Below, in pieces: positions 9,101-17,688 of a stretch of 64,000 nucleotides of DNA (positions within the stretch are counted from its first letter, which is position 1; the number at the start of each line of letters is the position of its first letter). Source of the stretch: an uncultured virus (IMG/VR IMGVR_UViG_3300030330_001898) (Duplodnaviria; Heunggongvirae; Uroviricota; Caudoviricetes); IMG/VR virus record IMGVR_UViG_3300030330_001898, positions 1-64,000 of that record. One strand, 5' to 3'. The notes beneath the pieces are model-generated. The model saw only the letters and a program-made list of their open reading frames with translations. It did not search any database and was not told where the DNA came from. A program made the translations under genes and the position numbers.

Positions 9101-11491
9101 AGAAAACTCTACTGAATTTTGTATGTTATGTTGTTCTGACATATATTTGTTAAAACCTTCTAAAGAATTTTGATAAGTTTCTTTGAATGATTGTTGTACA
9201 TCTTTACTACTTGTAATAGCAAACGCTCTTGGATTTACCTCATAGTTTCCTGAACCTTTTAATATAGTACCCAATGCATTATATTCTTTTATAGCTTGAG
9301 CTAGTTCAGTATCTATTCTACCTGATATATTTTCTATAGATATATCTTGTATCTGAGGAACTTCTCTTGTACCTATTATAGTTGCTTGTAAACGTTCGTA
9401 GGTTTGTGCTAATTCTCTTTCTATGTCAGCAAAACTTTCTGTTTTAATTTCACTAGAGTATTCAATCATCTGCTCAGGTGTACTAATTCCTTCTTGCTCT
9501 ACTCGTTTAATAAAATTATCTTTCTCTTTTTTACTTAACTCACTCCAGTCTTTATATCTATTACCTTCAGTTAACAAAGTTTTAGATTCACCTAATGCTA
9601 TATATGCATCATAAACTGGTTTGTATCCACTCTTACTTGCTACCGCATTTGTAGAGGTAATTGCTGTTTGTGAACGTACTTGAAATGCTTCTGGGTTATC
9701 TAGTTTAATTACAAACTCATCAGTCTTTGGTTGTACTTGATTGTTTAAGAAACGACCACCATCTGAATTAGCTTGGTGTGCTTTTTGTAATAATATTCTA
9801 TATGAAGGATTTCCATCAAAACTAGTACCTAATGCTTTGAGTGCGTGTTCTTGTTCAATTAATCTACTATCAATTGTTTTAGGGTCTTTACCTAGTTGGT
9901 TAACTTCATTATATTTTTCCCCACTTCTCCACTCTAATTTTTTACCACCCTTAGTAATAAACGCACCCATAAAAAATCCAATTAATTTATCTTCTAATGG
10001 CACATCTTCACTTAATAACATTGTTGGTCCACCAGCCATAGCAATACCACCAATTAACATACGAGGACTACTACCTACAATATCAGCTCCCCATGTTCTT
10101 AACATACCTTCTCTCCATTCTCTATTAATATGAGAAGCTAAGAACTGCAATCCATCTTGCATGATTTCAGCTGCTGCTTGTTTTTGTTCAGGTGTAGACT
10201 CAGGACTCATTACAATTCTTTCTAATGTTTCTCTCGACACGTCTTGTGTTTGAAGCTTAGCTCTTCTAGCTGCGTTTACTTTAGGAACATCATCTAATAT
10301 GTCTAATGCTTTATCATTTAACAACTTTCTTACATTGGTACCTGATACAATATTTGAACCAGTTAAACCAGCAAAGTATTCATATTGTGAAAGTATACCT
10401 TTTTGTGCTGATTCTACAGATGGATTTAAGCTTTTAGTATAGTTTCTACTACCAGCCATAATACGAGCAATACGTTCAGGACCTTTTTTTATACCTCCTA
10501 TACCACCTGCTACTCCACCTGGTATAAATCTTACACCACCTAGAATAGAACCTAATACTAATGCGTGTTTAGAAGTTCCTGCAAAGTCTTCAAGTGTTGC
10601 ATCTCCTGCTAATGCATCTACCGTTAACATTAGATTTTCAGCACCAGCAAACAATAGTGCTTCTTCTACTACATGACTCATAAATGAACCTTTTAAACCG
10701 CTACCAAACTTAGAAGCTAAATATGTTTGCATACCATTAATAGGCTGATTATTTGCTTTGGCAAGATTTGTTGATACTATTTCACCTAATTCATCTAGTA
10801 GTTTACTTTTATTAGCTAGTTTAAATCCTAGTTCATCTGCTTGTTCAGTTAAATATTTACCAGCATTATCTGTAATTCTTTTTACAAAATCATCTTTATC
10901 TCTAATAGATTTAAATGTTCTATCAAAGTTAGCTATTTTTTTAGTAGTACCAGCAAATACTTGGTCTTGTAATCCTTTCATCGGTGATTTATAAAATGCC
11001 GAAAGTTCATTATCAAAGGATAATACGTCATCACTATATTTTTTAAATACTTCTTTGGCTTGGTCATCCATTGTTTTTGCTAACTTAGGAGCTGATTTAG
11101 CACCAGCTAAACCTCTTGCTACCATATTTAATCCACCTCTTACTGCTTGAAATGGTACTAAAAACCCTGCTGCACCACCAACAGCTTGTCCTACTTTTTC
11201 AGCAACAGTATCTACATCTTCTCCAGGTTCATAAATACCAAGTGCGCTTGGTACACCAAATAAAGCTGTGTCTATAAGACTTTCAGCAGCTTCACTACCA
11301 AATTCAAATAAACCAGTACCAATACGTTCAAACATATTTTTATCTGATTCTACTATTTGAGGATTAACTGCTCTCACTTGTTGAGACAATGATGGTAGTG
11401 TAGATGTGTTTATACCAGACAAGTTTTGGTCTAGTCTTTTTTGTAGACCCTGTTCTAGGGTTTGATTATTATTGTCGATTAGTTTTGGCAT
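3170..11491 (-). CDS. giant virion protein, putative single-chain two-barrel (crAss gp66-like) virion RNA polymerase
   Basis: GDFDID motif (D1994-D1998, nt 5498-5512) preceded by ERQP; upstream DFITFTSASK and conserved Lys block; located in the ejection-protein locus. Confidence 0.7.
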   Translation of the reverse strand: MPKLIDNNNQTLEQGLQKRLDQNLSGINTSTLPSLSQQVRAVNPQIVESDKNMFERIGTGLFEFGSEAAESLIDTALFGVPSALGIYEPGEDVDTVAEKVGQAVGGAAGFLVPFQAVRGGLNMVARGLAGAKSAPKLAKTMDDQAKEVFKKYSDDVLSFDNELSAFYKSPMKGLQDQVFAGTTKKIANFDRTFKSIRDKDDFVKRITDNAGKYLTEQADELGFKLANKSKLLDELGEIVSTNLAKANNQPINGMQTYLASKFGSGLKGSFMSHVVEEALLFAGAENLMLTVDALAGDATLEDFAGTSKHALVLGSILGGVRFIPGGVAGGIGGIKKGPERIARIMAGSRNYTKSLNPSVESAQKGILSQYEYFAGLTGSNIVSGTNVRKLLNDKALDILDDVPKVNAARRAKLQTQDVSRETLERIVMSPESTPEQKQAAAEIMQDGLQFLASHINREWREGMLRTWGADIVGSSPRMLIGGIAMAGGPTMLLSEDVPLEDKLIGFFMGAFITKGGKKLEWRSGEKYNEVNQLGKDPKTIDSRLIEQEHALKALGTSFDGNPSYRILLQKAHQANSDGGRFLNNQVQPKTDEFVIKLDNPEAFQVRSQTAITSTNAVASKSGYKPVYDAYIALGESKTLLTEGNRYKDWSELSKKEKDNFIKRVEQEGISTPEQMIEYSSEIKTESFADIERELAQTYERLQATIIGTREVPQIQDISIENISGRIDTELAQAIKEYNALGTILKGSGNYEVNPRAFAITSSKDVQQSFKETYQNSLEGFNKYMSEQHNIQNSVEFSDSVLRSALDLNRININVIKAAANKNGEGILDVFNTNANFSNTFRAQNDILAAKIQVKGNKTLEKKMNAILDVVSKFDDSYDKLFSNESASVKTIDAKQARNILEILKDKGIMAFASPADYSIAMPINAMGRLITSKYMRNLLINGTDNTGRLLTQTDRNIIQVGMDHGIIGSNLQYRPVTEAMFKVVESDVLNKITKDNNFSAIESFVGQSNAETAVIKQTLKEVKQVVGDTPGSIFRFNEIFENTVKMIDDTFGKYVRGTDGKGVLNRSDLTSGGDFIQVNQLAQRLNLIKNNMVTEDVRLFLNDIYQVDRVEFAGTKKAMKSLMNMMTFSKNPIKLYESAIKYDLYDTQTRSWKTDKLSETQVEARLKEMRDNKIIDFVDTEKAATEIREQGDFFPKDFTEQNKIKLGEILNTYALPTDSKFRANDLLAEQPLKKIQEVYNTPEYQNNFNKFSEDFVNDVVKQNPKLSQAEIDGVRMSMKSFYTQLKNNTEVEILEFNANAPDNSMTRTDIKNRTPIDDALLKAMGDAQPFLRQVNSNTINTEGLPGPLIGKSMESFRQKAFEGDYTLNTFEKVDLTQAGKDILNNKAPVNAEPGIIYRFADSDNVYFIRKNQDVLNNIANRYAEVLKKFDPKNIDTKLKKVDIVLNEGKYEYTIGSAWQKETQKLTQILDDILLSDTLGGENIFGTGFRQQSGIGLIKGLFKRDSLINNNNALRFDKQLVQFNIVEANKIKFESDTYKTEVIEKLKQFRDGKLKQVTVADELPGAIDNLVSINKQINDSYDIEIGLAKDPKIQRQLQEQKSQFNIQLQELGIADASTVNGVTIVSDKTFKMLSFLSGETSSSSVGGIKPIMYNLGNGPQLFINKTAFLKNNNSKVEQIFKNNPDLDFITFTSASKKITKERMTPVISMSKLISGKNIKEIVPIGPENIAIISTKKNKKFASLGANNSVHLLNRTQRNEYYDYYIRDINGFDNKRAFIQSLKNPANYAKMIAEFQRLSTDRINNKLNSDLEVFGNDTLMKLLADSGAMPTIKTRMWEDMIKQQYLDKMFQLKVDGSTAVLAPGTFLADTKLQNTIILENGQHYKFGEIELPYSAQFKPIDKNNITLVKKLKGAADEVVNGASKEGQAIIKDVETLGEAVKNAEKVGYQVLSFFERQPHTKPSSVMPVGIKKFRSRNEADQIVLNDADLKRAAEGDFDIDSGSAIWKMPHNVALGFIESRGKVLDSVPLGVGSNPSFKDIDFTNFESRERYVERKYNAQYVMGSAINANRIVQKILSGKSTREGEFFDGRSENKIIIAKTGDQRFIGVRADVNKTYQRIADLVQSILDKDNGYDSNIFKDINSLYDDIFFGIDGNGVRTNKGLFQLYKLTTKDTAEGAKYEQVDAEFSSTEIKLLKENIIQPYRQLLKLNNRLYDSGQQRKVSLRDIATYSSNFDTQLFFASKNAKKKLGNPKNVESVFSGYTKSLMLYGENTNMRSSLTFDRLIADMSQIKNLLLEPTKANSEGVLSETISTAIEFMEAGTTGTKKFVENFNTDVQKYNAAKQIDVEIRRKESYMKKINKFESPEYYETLSNRLDKLKTARESLKNAINVSNLDKNMFALVEQRYVTEALAKEYRKQPDLDSKQKQEIIDQAKEQFKKEKLDIDFVDNADLVNNIALSYAFSYRGNRTLESMGIKSTELSRDFETEIKDLKDFYNKSWKDYFNLNNKEVFHPDQIKQNMFEKIDRILDRYNDVAPEFILTKIMTPRVDFTKIVKYQDKYFPKPIDTNTESFINLVTGYALQSPRFSKQFTGDFVRDYSGAYNQVYLKLHGINSKFSSDGLPLEITTGEVYQFPHLLPTGHTRDAFSLFQSFNPEETLTGRLSSASRLDSYQTFLDVFGTATVKDVLSGGNLAPSYSITKNRIEAIDGMHTFQNSLKNEALFNIFSRKSEDSLKQIIKGTETDIDPYITKDYYDGGTQNVKEFISDLGKTTKEVC

Positions 11492-11498
11492 ATATTAA

Positions 11499-12638
11499 TT
11501 AAAATGAACCAGACATACTTATTTGTTTAAATGAATTTTCTAAATTCTTTTCAGTAAGTCTAGGTCTTATATTTGCTATTTCATTACTTAATTCTAGCAA
11601 CTCTAAATTATTTAATTCGTTTGCATATTCATATAGTTTTTTTGTTGCTAATAATTCTTCTTTACTTTTTGTATCTGGTCCACCAAATTCAATTTTTTCT
11701 ATTCTATCATCAATTAATTTTATTTGATTATCATTTAACGCTATTTCATCTTTTACTAATTTTTTGTTATGTTTTTTTGCTTTTGATAAATCGTATAGAT
11801 TTTTTATATCATCTACATTTACATAATTTTGTTGATAAGCGTTCCATGTAGCATCTACTCCATCAACATTTCTATACATTTCATCTAAAACATAAGTTAA
11901 TTTTTCTTTTTGATTATTACCTGGTGCATTATTTAAAGCATTAACAACATCATTTGTTGCTAAACTAGCTGAAGGTAAAATTGCTTCAGCAGATTCGCTA
12001 TCAACAAAATCTTGACCTTCTGGTAATATAGAATATTGAGTATCAAACTTATAGTCTCCAGTTTGTATGTCGTTAAGTTCTTCTCCTAACTCTCTATATC
12101 TTTGTCTATACAATCTAAAATTTTGTGCGTTTGATAAAGTAGTTTTAGTTAGTCTTTCCCAATTATCAACTGTTCTTTCAATTACTTGCACAGTAGGAGC
12201 TTCATTCACATATAACGCTGATAATTGATTTACAAGTTCTACTGATTCTTCGGTTGACATACCATATTTTTTAACTAATATCTTAGAAAAATCACTTGTG
12301 CCATCTTTTTTTAAACCACGTAATTCAAACCCATCTTCTTTCTTTTCTAAATAACCCTCTACTAGCGGAGCAAACTCAGCTTGTGCTAATCCTAAACCTT
12401 CTTCTAATGCATATTTTTCTGCTTGTCCACGAAGTAGTTCACCTTGCTGTATAAAAAATTCTTGTTGTTGCTGTTGAAACTGTTGTTGTTTTAAAGCATA
12501 CTCTTGTTGAAACTGCTTATCTTGTTGTGCTATTCTTAGCCCTTGTAACGCAGCTTGTTCTTCAGCTTGTTCTCTTCTTGCTCTTGACTCAAGCATCATA
12601 CTTAGAGATTGAATTATATTTGCATATTGTACTGCCAT
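11499..12638 (-). CDS. putative ejection/internal virion protein
   Basis: Gln-rich helical N-terminus; sits directly upstream of the giant protein. Confidence 0.5.
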   Translation of the reverse strand: MAVQYANIIQSLSMMLESRARREQAEEQAALQGLRIAQQDKQFQQEYALKQQQFQQQQQEFFIQQGELLRGQAEKYALEEGLGLAQAEFAPLVEGYLEKKEDGFELRGLKKDGTSDFSKILVKKYGMSTEESVELVNQLSALYVNEAPTVQVIERTVDNWERLTKTTLSNAQNFRLYRQRYRELGEELNDIQTGDYKFDTQYSILPEGQDFVDSESAEAILPSASLATNDVVNALNNAPGNNQKEKLTYVLDEMYRNVDGVDATWNAYQQNYVNVDDIKNLYDLSKAKKHNKKLVKDEIALNDNQIKLIDDRIEKIEFGGPDTKSKEELLATKKLYEYANELNNLELLELSNEIANIRPRLTEKNLENSFKQISMSGSF

Positions 12639-12646
12639 AATTATTC

Positions 12647-13159
12647 CTATCTAAATAAAGCTTCAAACATAGTGTTTCGTTTTCTAGCTTCTCTATTTTG
12701 TCTTTTTAATAATTTTCTTTGATTTTCTATTCTTGATTCTTCTGCTATTTGAAATGATTCAGCTTGTGCTATTTCCAAGTCACGTTGTCTACCTAATTGT
12801 TCTACTTGTGCTTGAAACTTTTCTTGTTGTTGATTTGTGATTAAATCTAATCTACTATTTAATTGTCCATAGTTAGAAAATTTATTTGTATCCATAAGTG
12901 AATCCATAGTCATATTTACTTTATCCCATTGAATGCCTGCTCCCATACCTAAAACATCCATTTTATCTTGCATTTTATCTCTTGATGCTTCTTTAGCTAA
13001 TTCAGTCATTTCAGGCAATTGTTCCATTTGGTCTTGTAAATATTGTAACTGGATATTATTTGTACCTATAGTTAACCTATTTTGTGCTGCTATATTGTTT
13101 GCACCACTTAGTAAACTTACAGCTTGTGTTCCAAGCATTGCAATTTCTAATCCAGTCAT
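12647..13159 (-). CDS. putative ejection (pilot-like) protein
   Basis: Hydrophobic Ala/Gly N-terminus followed by a Gln-rich helix; syntenic with 57940-58635. Confidence 0.5.
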   Translation of the reverse strand: MTGLEIAMLGTQAVSLLSGANNIAAQNRLTIGTNNIQLQYLQDQMEQLPEMTELAKEASRDKMQDKMDVLGMGAGIQWDKVNMTMDSLMDTNKFSNYGQLNSRLDLITNQQQEKFQAQVEQLGRQRDLEIAQAESFQIAEESRIENQRKLLKRQNREARKRNTMFEALFR

Positions 13160-14397
13160 TATTTATTCTCCAAGTTATAGTCGTACATATTCCAGTTTTC
13201 GTCTATTAAATTATTATCGTATAATGCTTCATAAATATTTTTATCTTCAAATCCATAATCTATTTCTTCTTCTTTATTAAATATAGAATTTTTACCAATT
13301 AAATCACCAATATCAGGACCAATCATTCTACCTGTAAAATTATCTTTTGGTTCTATTTTGACATCACCTAAACCTCTATCTATTATTTCTTTTATATCTT
13401 GAAACATTTGTGAAGGTGTTCCATCTGCATTTAATTCATAACTTCCTTCTCCTCCAATTAAATATCTACTATTTATTTGATATTTACCTACATCAAATCC
13501 TCTACCTTCTTTATTAATATTTATAGCATAAGGATTATCAGAAGACTCAGCTTGTGCTATCTCACCTTTAATTTCATCCCAACTATATACTTGACTTATT
13601 TGAGCATACATGTCTTGCAATTCTTCATTTGCTTTTCTTATAACGGCATCACTATTTAGTTTATTATTTACTGTATCACGTAATGTTGTAAATCTTTCTT
13701 TTAAATTTACTCTTTGATTATCTTTTCCATAAACTGCTAAATCAGGATTTTTATTTAATAAATTTTCTACAACTTTAGCAGCTGTAGACCATTGTTTAAT
13801 ACCACCTTGTTTTTCATAAATATACTTTGCTGTTTCTTCATTTACTTGCTCATTTAATGCAACGCCAAGCCTTAAAGAATCTTTAGAGCTATTAGCTAAA
13901 ACTTCTGATTCTCCTTGAGCAAATGTAAATCCAGAAGAACCACTTAAATCAATTGGCTCTACATCTTCACCAGCTAATATAGCCATTTCATTTTCTTGTA
14001 CAGTTCTACCTAATGCTTTTAGTTGTGCTCTTGTATATTCTACATTACCAAATAAAAAACTTTGTTCACCTAAATCTTTAAGCTTTGCATCTCCACGAAG
14101 AACATCATCAAAACCTACTCTTTGATAGTTTACTTTAGTTTTTAGATTAACTTCAGCTTGAGCAATACCATCTTCTATAATTTTATTTTCTTTATTATAG
14201 TTATTTAGTTTGTCTAGATAATTTATAAATGCTCCAGAAAAACCTAAAAAATTTTGTCTAGCTTGTTCTCTTTGGTTTAATGAATTAATTCCAAGTTTTA
14301 GAAGACCACGTTGTCCCATTAAGTCATAACTAGTTGCTTTATATTCTCCTTTTGAAATAACTAAATTTTCAGCAGCTGTTTTTATTTTATCAGACAT
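13159..14397 (-). CDS. virion protein with C-terminal lytic transglycosylase (SLT-like) domain
   Basis: IAQAESSDNPYAIN...DVGKYQINS matches the SLT ES and GxxQ motifs. Confidence 0.7.
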   Translation of the reverse strand: MSDKIKTAAENLVISKGEYKATSYDLMGQRGLLKLGINSLNQREQARQNFLGFSGAFINYLDKLNNYNKENKIIEDGIAQAEVNLKTKVNYQRVGFDDVLRGDAKLKDLGEQSFLFGNVEYTRAQLKALGRTVQENEMAILAGEDVEPIDLSGSSGFTFAQGESEVLANSSKDSLRLGVALNEQVNEETAKYIYEKQGGIKQWSTAAKVVENLLNKNPDLAVYGKDNQRVNLKERFTTLRDTVNNKLNSDAVIRKANEELQDMYAQISQVYSWDEIKGEIAQAESSDNPYAININKEGRGFDVGKYQINSRYLIGGEGSYELNADGTPSQMFQDIKEIIDRGLGDVKIEPKDNFTGRMIGPDIGDLIGKNSIFNKEEEIDYGFEDKNIYEALYDNNLIDENWNMYDYNLENK

Positions 14398-14420
14398 AAT
14401 GTTTCCTAATTTTTATACAT

Positions 14421-14449
14421 AATATATTACTTATAGTCATAACTTTCAA
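14421..14449 (-). promoter_or_regulatory. sigma70-like promoter for the ejection-protein operon
   Basis: TTGAAA-N17-TATATT in the intergenic gap, followed by AGGA SD and ATG at 14397. Confidence 0.6.
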
Positions 14450-14454
14450 CTGTT

Positions 14455-14754
14455 TTATCCAGACTTTGCCTTTACAAACCTTTTTACTACAGGACTATCA
14501 TTAATTGGTCTACCATCAGACAGATTAATCCACTCACCATTTCTTTTAATATACTGTTCTATTCTATTTAAATTACCAGGATTTTCATAGAAAACAATAT
14601 CTCCTTCTAGTCCTGATTCTTGTGTAGGTATTTCATCTACAAACCTTGGTCTTTGTTGTGAATAGTGATTTGTTCTTCTTTTATTGTTAGAAGTTCCTCC
14701 TCCACTACCAGCATGTATTGTAGTTCTAAATTTATTTTCTGCTTGTTCTGCCAT
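14455..14754 (-). CDS. small tail-associated hypothetical protein
   Basis: GLEGD...YIKRNGEW resembles GSDGD...YIKVENRW of 60057-60284. Confidence 0.55.
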   Translation of the reverse strand: MAEQAENKFRTTIHAGSGGGTSNNKRRTNHYSQQRPRFVDEIPTQESGLEGDIVFYENPGNLNRIEQYIKRNGEWINLSDGRPINDSPVVKRFVKAKSG

Positions 14755-15932
14755 TATTTTATACTTTTTTGTCTTAAAATTATTGACATATCATTTATTT
14801 CAAAATCAGCTGATACATTTTGACCACTTACATCTTCAAATTTTATACTAAATGTTTTAATATTATTTGCATTAGATTGAGTAAATAATTCAATAACTGT
14901 GAAGTCTGCACTACCAGGTATATTATTAATTTGAGAACCAGAACTATCTAAAAAATTATTATTATATGCTCCTCCGTCTACAGAATATTTAGGTAAAACA
15001 TTTGTATTTCCTCCACTAGCTCCTCTATAAGTTAATTCTATTTTTATAACTTTCTTTTTAGCTTGGGTGCCAAAGTTTAATTCTTTAAACTGAACATTAA
15101 AATTATTTATAGCTTCTGTAGGATTTGATTGCCAAGGAACAATAGTTGTTTGATTAGTTGTGTTTTCAAAACCATAAATTAAACTACCATCCCACATATT
15201 TATTAAGTTTGTTTTATCTTCAGTATTTAATCTAGCTGTTCCTTTTACCCAAGAACTTGTAACCATATCGTAAACTAAAATATCACCACTATTGTTTGTA
15301 GAATTTTTAAAAGATTTTATAATAACTAGTTGTTTTGATTTAGGAGAAAACCCTATCATTGTTTCTCCGTCTACGTAAAAACTATTCCACAAAGATTCTG
15401 ATATAAAACGAACTCCTTCTTTTACTAATAAATCTCCTACCTGTCTACCATTATATAGATATACTCCATGTTGGTTACACCAAGCAACACCAAAATCAGT
15501 TTCACATACTGCGTTATGATGTGATACTCCTTTATGTTTATGTGTAGCTTCTAAAAATTCTTGGCTTTTAGTTGCGTTAATTATGTATAATGTATTTTGT
15601 TTGTATTGCAATAGTCTATCAGCATAAGTTGCTAGTCTGATAATTTCTTCACCATCATTAACTGCAACGTCAATTCTTCTATCCATTGTAAAAGTATCAA
15701 ATTGTCCAGCCCTAGACTTAAATACACTATCGCTTAGAATGCGTTCTTTGTTATGTTTATCAACTAATTTTACATTTCCTAAGTATAACCTTTGTCCAAT
15801 TAAAACAGACGTTTTCCATTTGATTTGTTTTATTAAATGTTCTTGCCTTAATCTTTTATTAGCTAAAGGTGGAAAATTAAAAGGAACTCCTAATCTATAT
15901 TTACCTGGATTCATTACTGCGTAGTTAGGCAT
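14754..15932 (-). CDS. tail nozzle/stabilization protein, C-terminal part
   Basis: RLYLGNV...SDSVFKSRAGQFD...DGEEIIRL...RLLQYK aligns with the C-half of 60284-62710; beta-rich. Confidence 0.6.
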   Translation of the reverse strand: MPNYAVMNPGKYRLGVPFNFPPLANKRLRQEHLIKQIKWKTSVLIGQRLYLGNVKLVDKHNKERILSDSVFKSRAGQFDTFTMDRRIDVAVNDGEEIIRLATYADRLLQYKQNTLYIINATKSQEFLEATHKHKGVSHHNAVCETDFGVAWCNQHGVYLYNGRQVGDLLVKEGVRFISESLWNSFYVDGETMIGFSPKSKQLVIIKSFKNSTNNSGDILVYDMVTSSWVKGTARLNTEDKTNLINMWDGSLIYGFENTTNQTTIVPWQSNPTEAINNFNVQFKELNFGTQAKKKVIKIELTYRGASGGNTNVLPKYSVDGGAYNNNFLDSSGSQINNIPGSADFTVIELFTQSNANNIKTFSIKFEDVSGQNVSADFEINDMSIILRQKSIK

Positions 15933-17485
15933 TAGTACTCCCTTTCTTGTTGGTCTTCATCATAATCAGGTGGAGCTGATAAACCACTATCTTCAATAGT
16001 CATTGTTTTTATACCACTATCTGCTATAACATCAAAGTTTTCATCTAATACTTGTACTCTAAATTCTCTATCTGTTCCATGTGTTGGTAATGTCATAGGA
16101 ATGTAATAAGTATCTATAGTAGTTCCTGGTGTATCAGATATACCAGTTTTTAATGCAATTCTATTTCCAGATACACCCCCTACATATAAAGGAGATACTG
16201 CTCCCCCCCAAACTCTTATAAATCCAAATCTATTATCAAATCCATTAACATTAGTGTTGCTTAATTTTACTCTTAAATATACATTAGAATAAGATTTACC
16301 TGCTTGAGTAGAACCATTTCCAGTTCCTTCCCAATCAGTTCCAGTTCCATCTGCATTATCAGAAAAAGCAATATGATTAACCATAGAACCACTATTATCT
16401 AAAATATCTACACCTTCAAACGATTGTTTCGTAGAACCTTGAGCTGCTGGAGTAACCTCAAGTCCTACCCACTTACCGTGAGTAGTTTCGTTTTGTGGGT
16501 CGTATATATCCCAAAAATGTTTACCACCTTCTTTTAAATCTGTATGCATTAAAAATATCCAATCATCATCTGCTTGTTCTTTAAAATAAAAGTTTAATCC
16601 AATTAAACGATTGTCTCCAAATATGTTATCACCAGATAAAGATGTTGGTTTAGAGCCAGCAGTTCCTGCTCCTATAAATACTTGAAAAGAAATTTGTTCG
16701 TTATACAAAGGTATAGAATCTTCCACTCTATTTAAAAAGTCACTATAGAATATTGATATTTCTCCTTCTTGATTACCTTGATAAATTGGTGTTGCTCCAA
16801 ATGTAAAGTTTCCATTCCACTCTCCACCTTCAGTACTTTTATATCCTAAAATTAAACTACCTTTTTGCGCAGTAATAGTAGAAGCGTTAGGACTAGAGTT
16901 TTCTATATTTACTAATTTCATATTTACACCTGATAAAGCATCAAGCTTACGAAGTTTTTGATTGCCGCTATCCCATTTAGTTATATCGTGTAAGTTTGTA
17001 GAATTACCTCTATCATCAGTCCAAAACAATGATTGGTCTATATATCCAAACCATTTACTATCTTGACTAAAAGAAGCATCTCCAATACGTAATAAACCAT
17101 CACCATAATAGTAATTTGGTTTTATATTGCCACCAAACGTTACTTCATCAGATAAAAAATTAGGGCTAGAACCATCTTTATCTCTATAATAAAAACGAAC
17201 TTTAGTGTTTGCTTTATCATATACTGCTAGATAATCATCTGGATTATTAGCACTTGCGTGGTCGTAGTCTGAAGAAAAATAATGTAGTCCATATCCAGGC
17301 TCAATATCAGCGGTAGCACCACTTGTAATAGCACTACCTTTGTTTCCTAAACCTACTAGTCTACCTATCTTATGAGTAGATACACCATCAGCTTCACGTA
17401 AATCTATATCACGTATATCTTTTGCGTCAGAATTGTCATGTATTCCACCATGAAATCCTAATATTTTAAACTCTTTTTTTGGCAT
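15932..17485 (-). CDS. tail nozzle/stabilization protein, N-terminal part
   Basis: MPKKEFKILGFHGGI start, typical FxGG N-terminus of P22 gp10/T7 gp12-like proteins; matches MPKKTINITNFSGGL. Confidence 0.6.
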   Translation of the reverse strand: MPKKEFKILGFHGGIHDNSDAKDIRDIDLREADGVSTHKIGRLVGLGNKGSAITSGATADIEPGYGLHYFSSDYDHASANNPDDYLAVYDKANTKVRFYYRDKDGSSPNFLSDEVTFGGNIKPNYYYGDGLLRIGDASFSQDSKWFGYIDQSLFWTDDRGNSTNLHDITKWDSGNQKLRKLDALSGVNMKLVNIENSSPNASTITAQKGSLILGYKSTEGGEWNGNFTFGATPIYQGNQEGEISIFYSDFLNRVEDSIPLYNEQISFQVFIGAGTAGSKPTSLSGDNIFGDNRLIGLNFYFKEQADDDWIFLMHTDLKEGGKHFWDIYDPQNETTHGKWVGLEVTPAAQGSTKQSFEGVDILDNSGSMVNHIAFSDNADGTGTDWEGTGNGSTQAGKSYSNVYLRVKLSNTNVNGFDNRFGFIRVWGGAVSPLYVGGVSGNRIALKTGISDTPGTTIDTYYIPMTLPTHGTDREFRVQVLDENFDVIADSGIKTMTIEDSGLSAPPDYDEDQQEREY

Positions 17486-17488
17486 TGA

Positions 17489-17518
17489 TTAACATCCACA
17501 TCCGCATTCACAGTTCAT
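17489..17518 (-). CDS. putative 9-aa Cys-rich micropeptide MNCECGCGC (not in ORF track)
   Basis: AGGAGG SD 5 nt upstream of ATG; fills the gap between flanking genes. Confidence 0.45.
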   Translation of the reverse strand: MNCECGCGC

Positions 17519-17527
17519 GCTAACCTC

Positions 17528-17680
17528 CTATTTTAATGCTTTTCTTACTTCAGCCCAAACTTCATCATCTAGTTTATTGTCAGACTTAGCAATAAAATAA
17601 TCGCCTAGCTTTAATAATACAGCTTTAAGAATTTTTTCGCTTAAGAGGCTTGTAAGTAATTTACTAACTACAATATTCAT
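17528..17680 (-). CDS. small amphipathic protein, possibly lysis-related (50 aa, not in ORF track)
   Basis: MNIVVSKLLTSLLSEKILKAVLLKLGDYFIAKSDNKLDDEVWAEVRKALK; GGAG SD; clear homologue at 63649-63807. Confidence 0.7.
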   Translation of the reverse strand: MNIVVSKLLTSLLSEKILKAVLLKLGDYFIAKSDNKLDDEVWAEVRKALK

Positions 17681-17688
17681 ATTATCTC

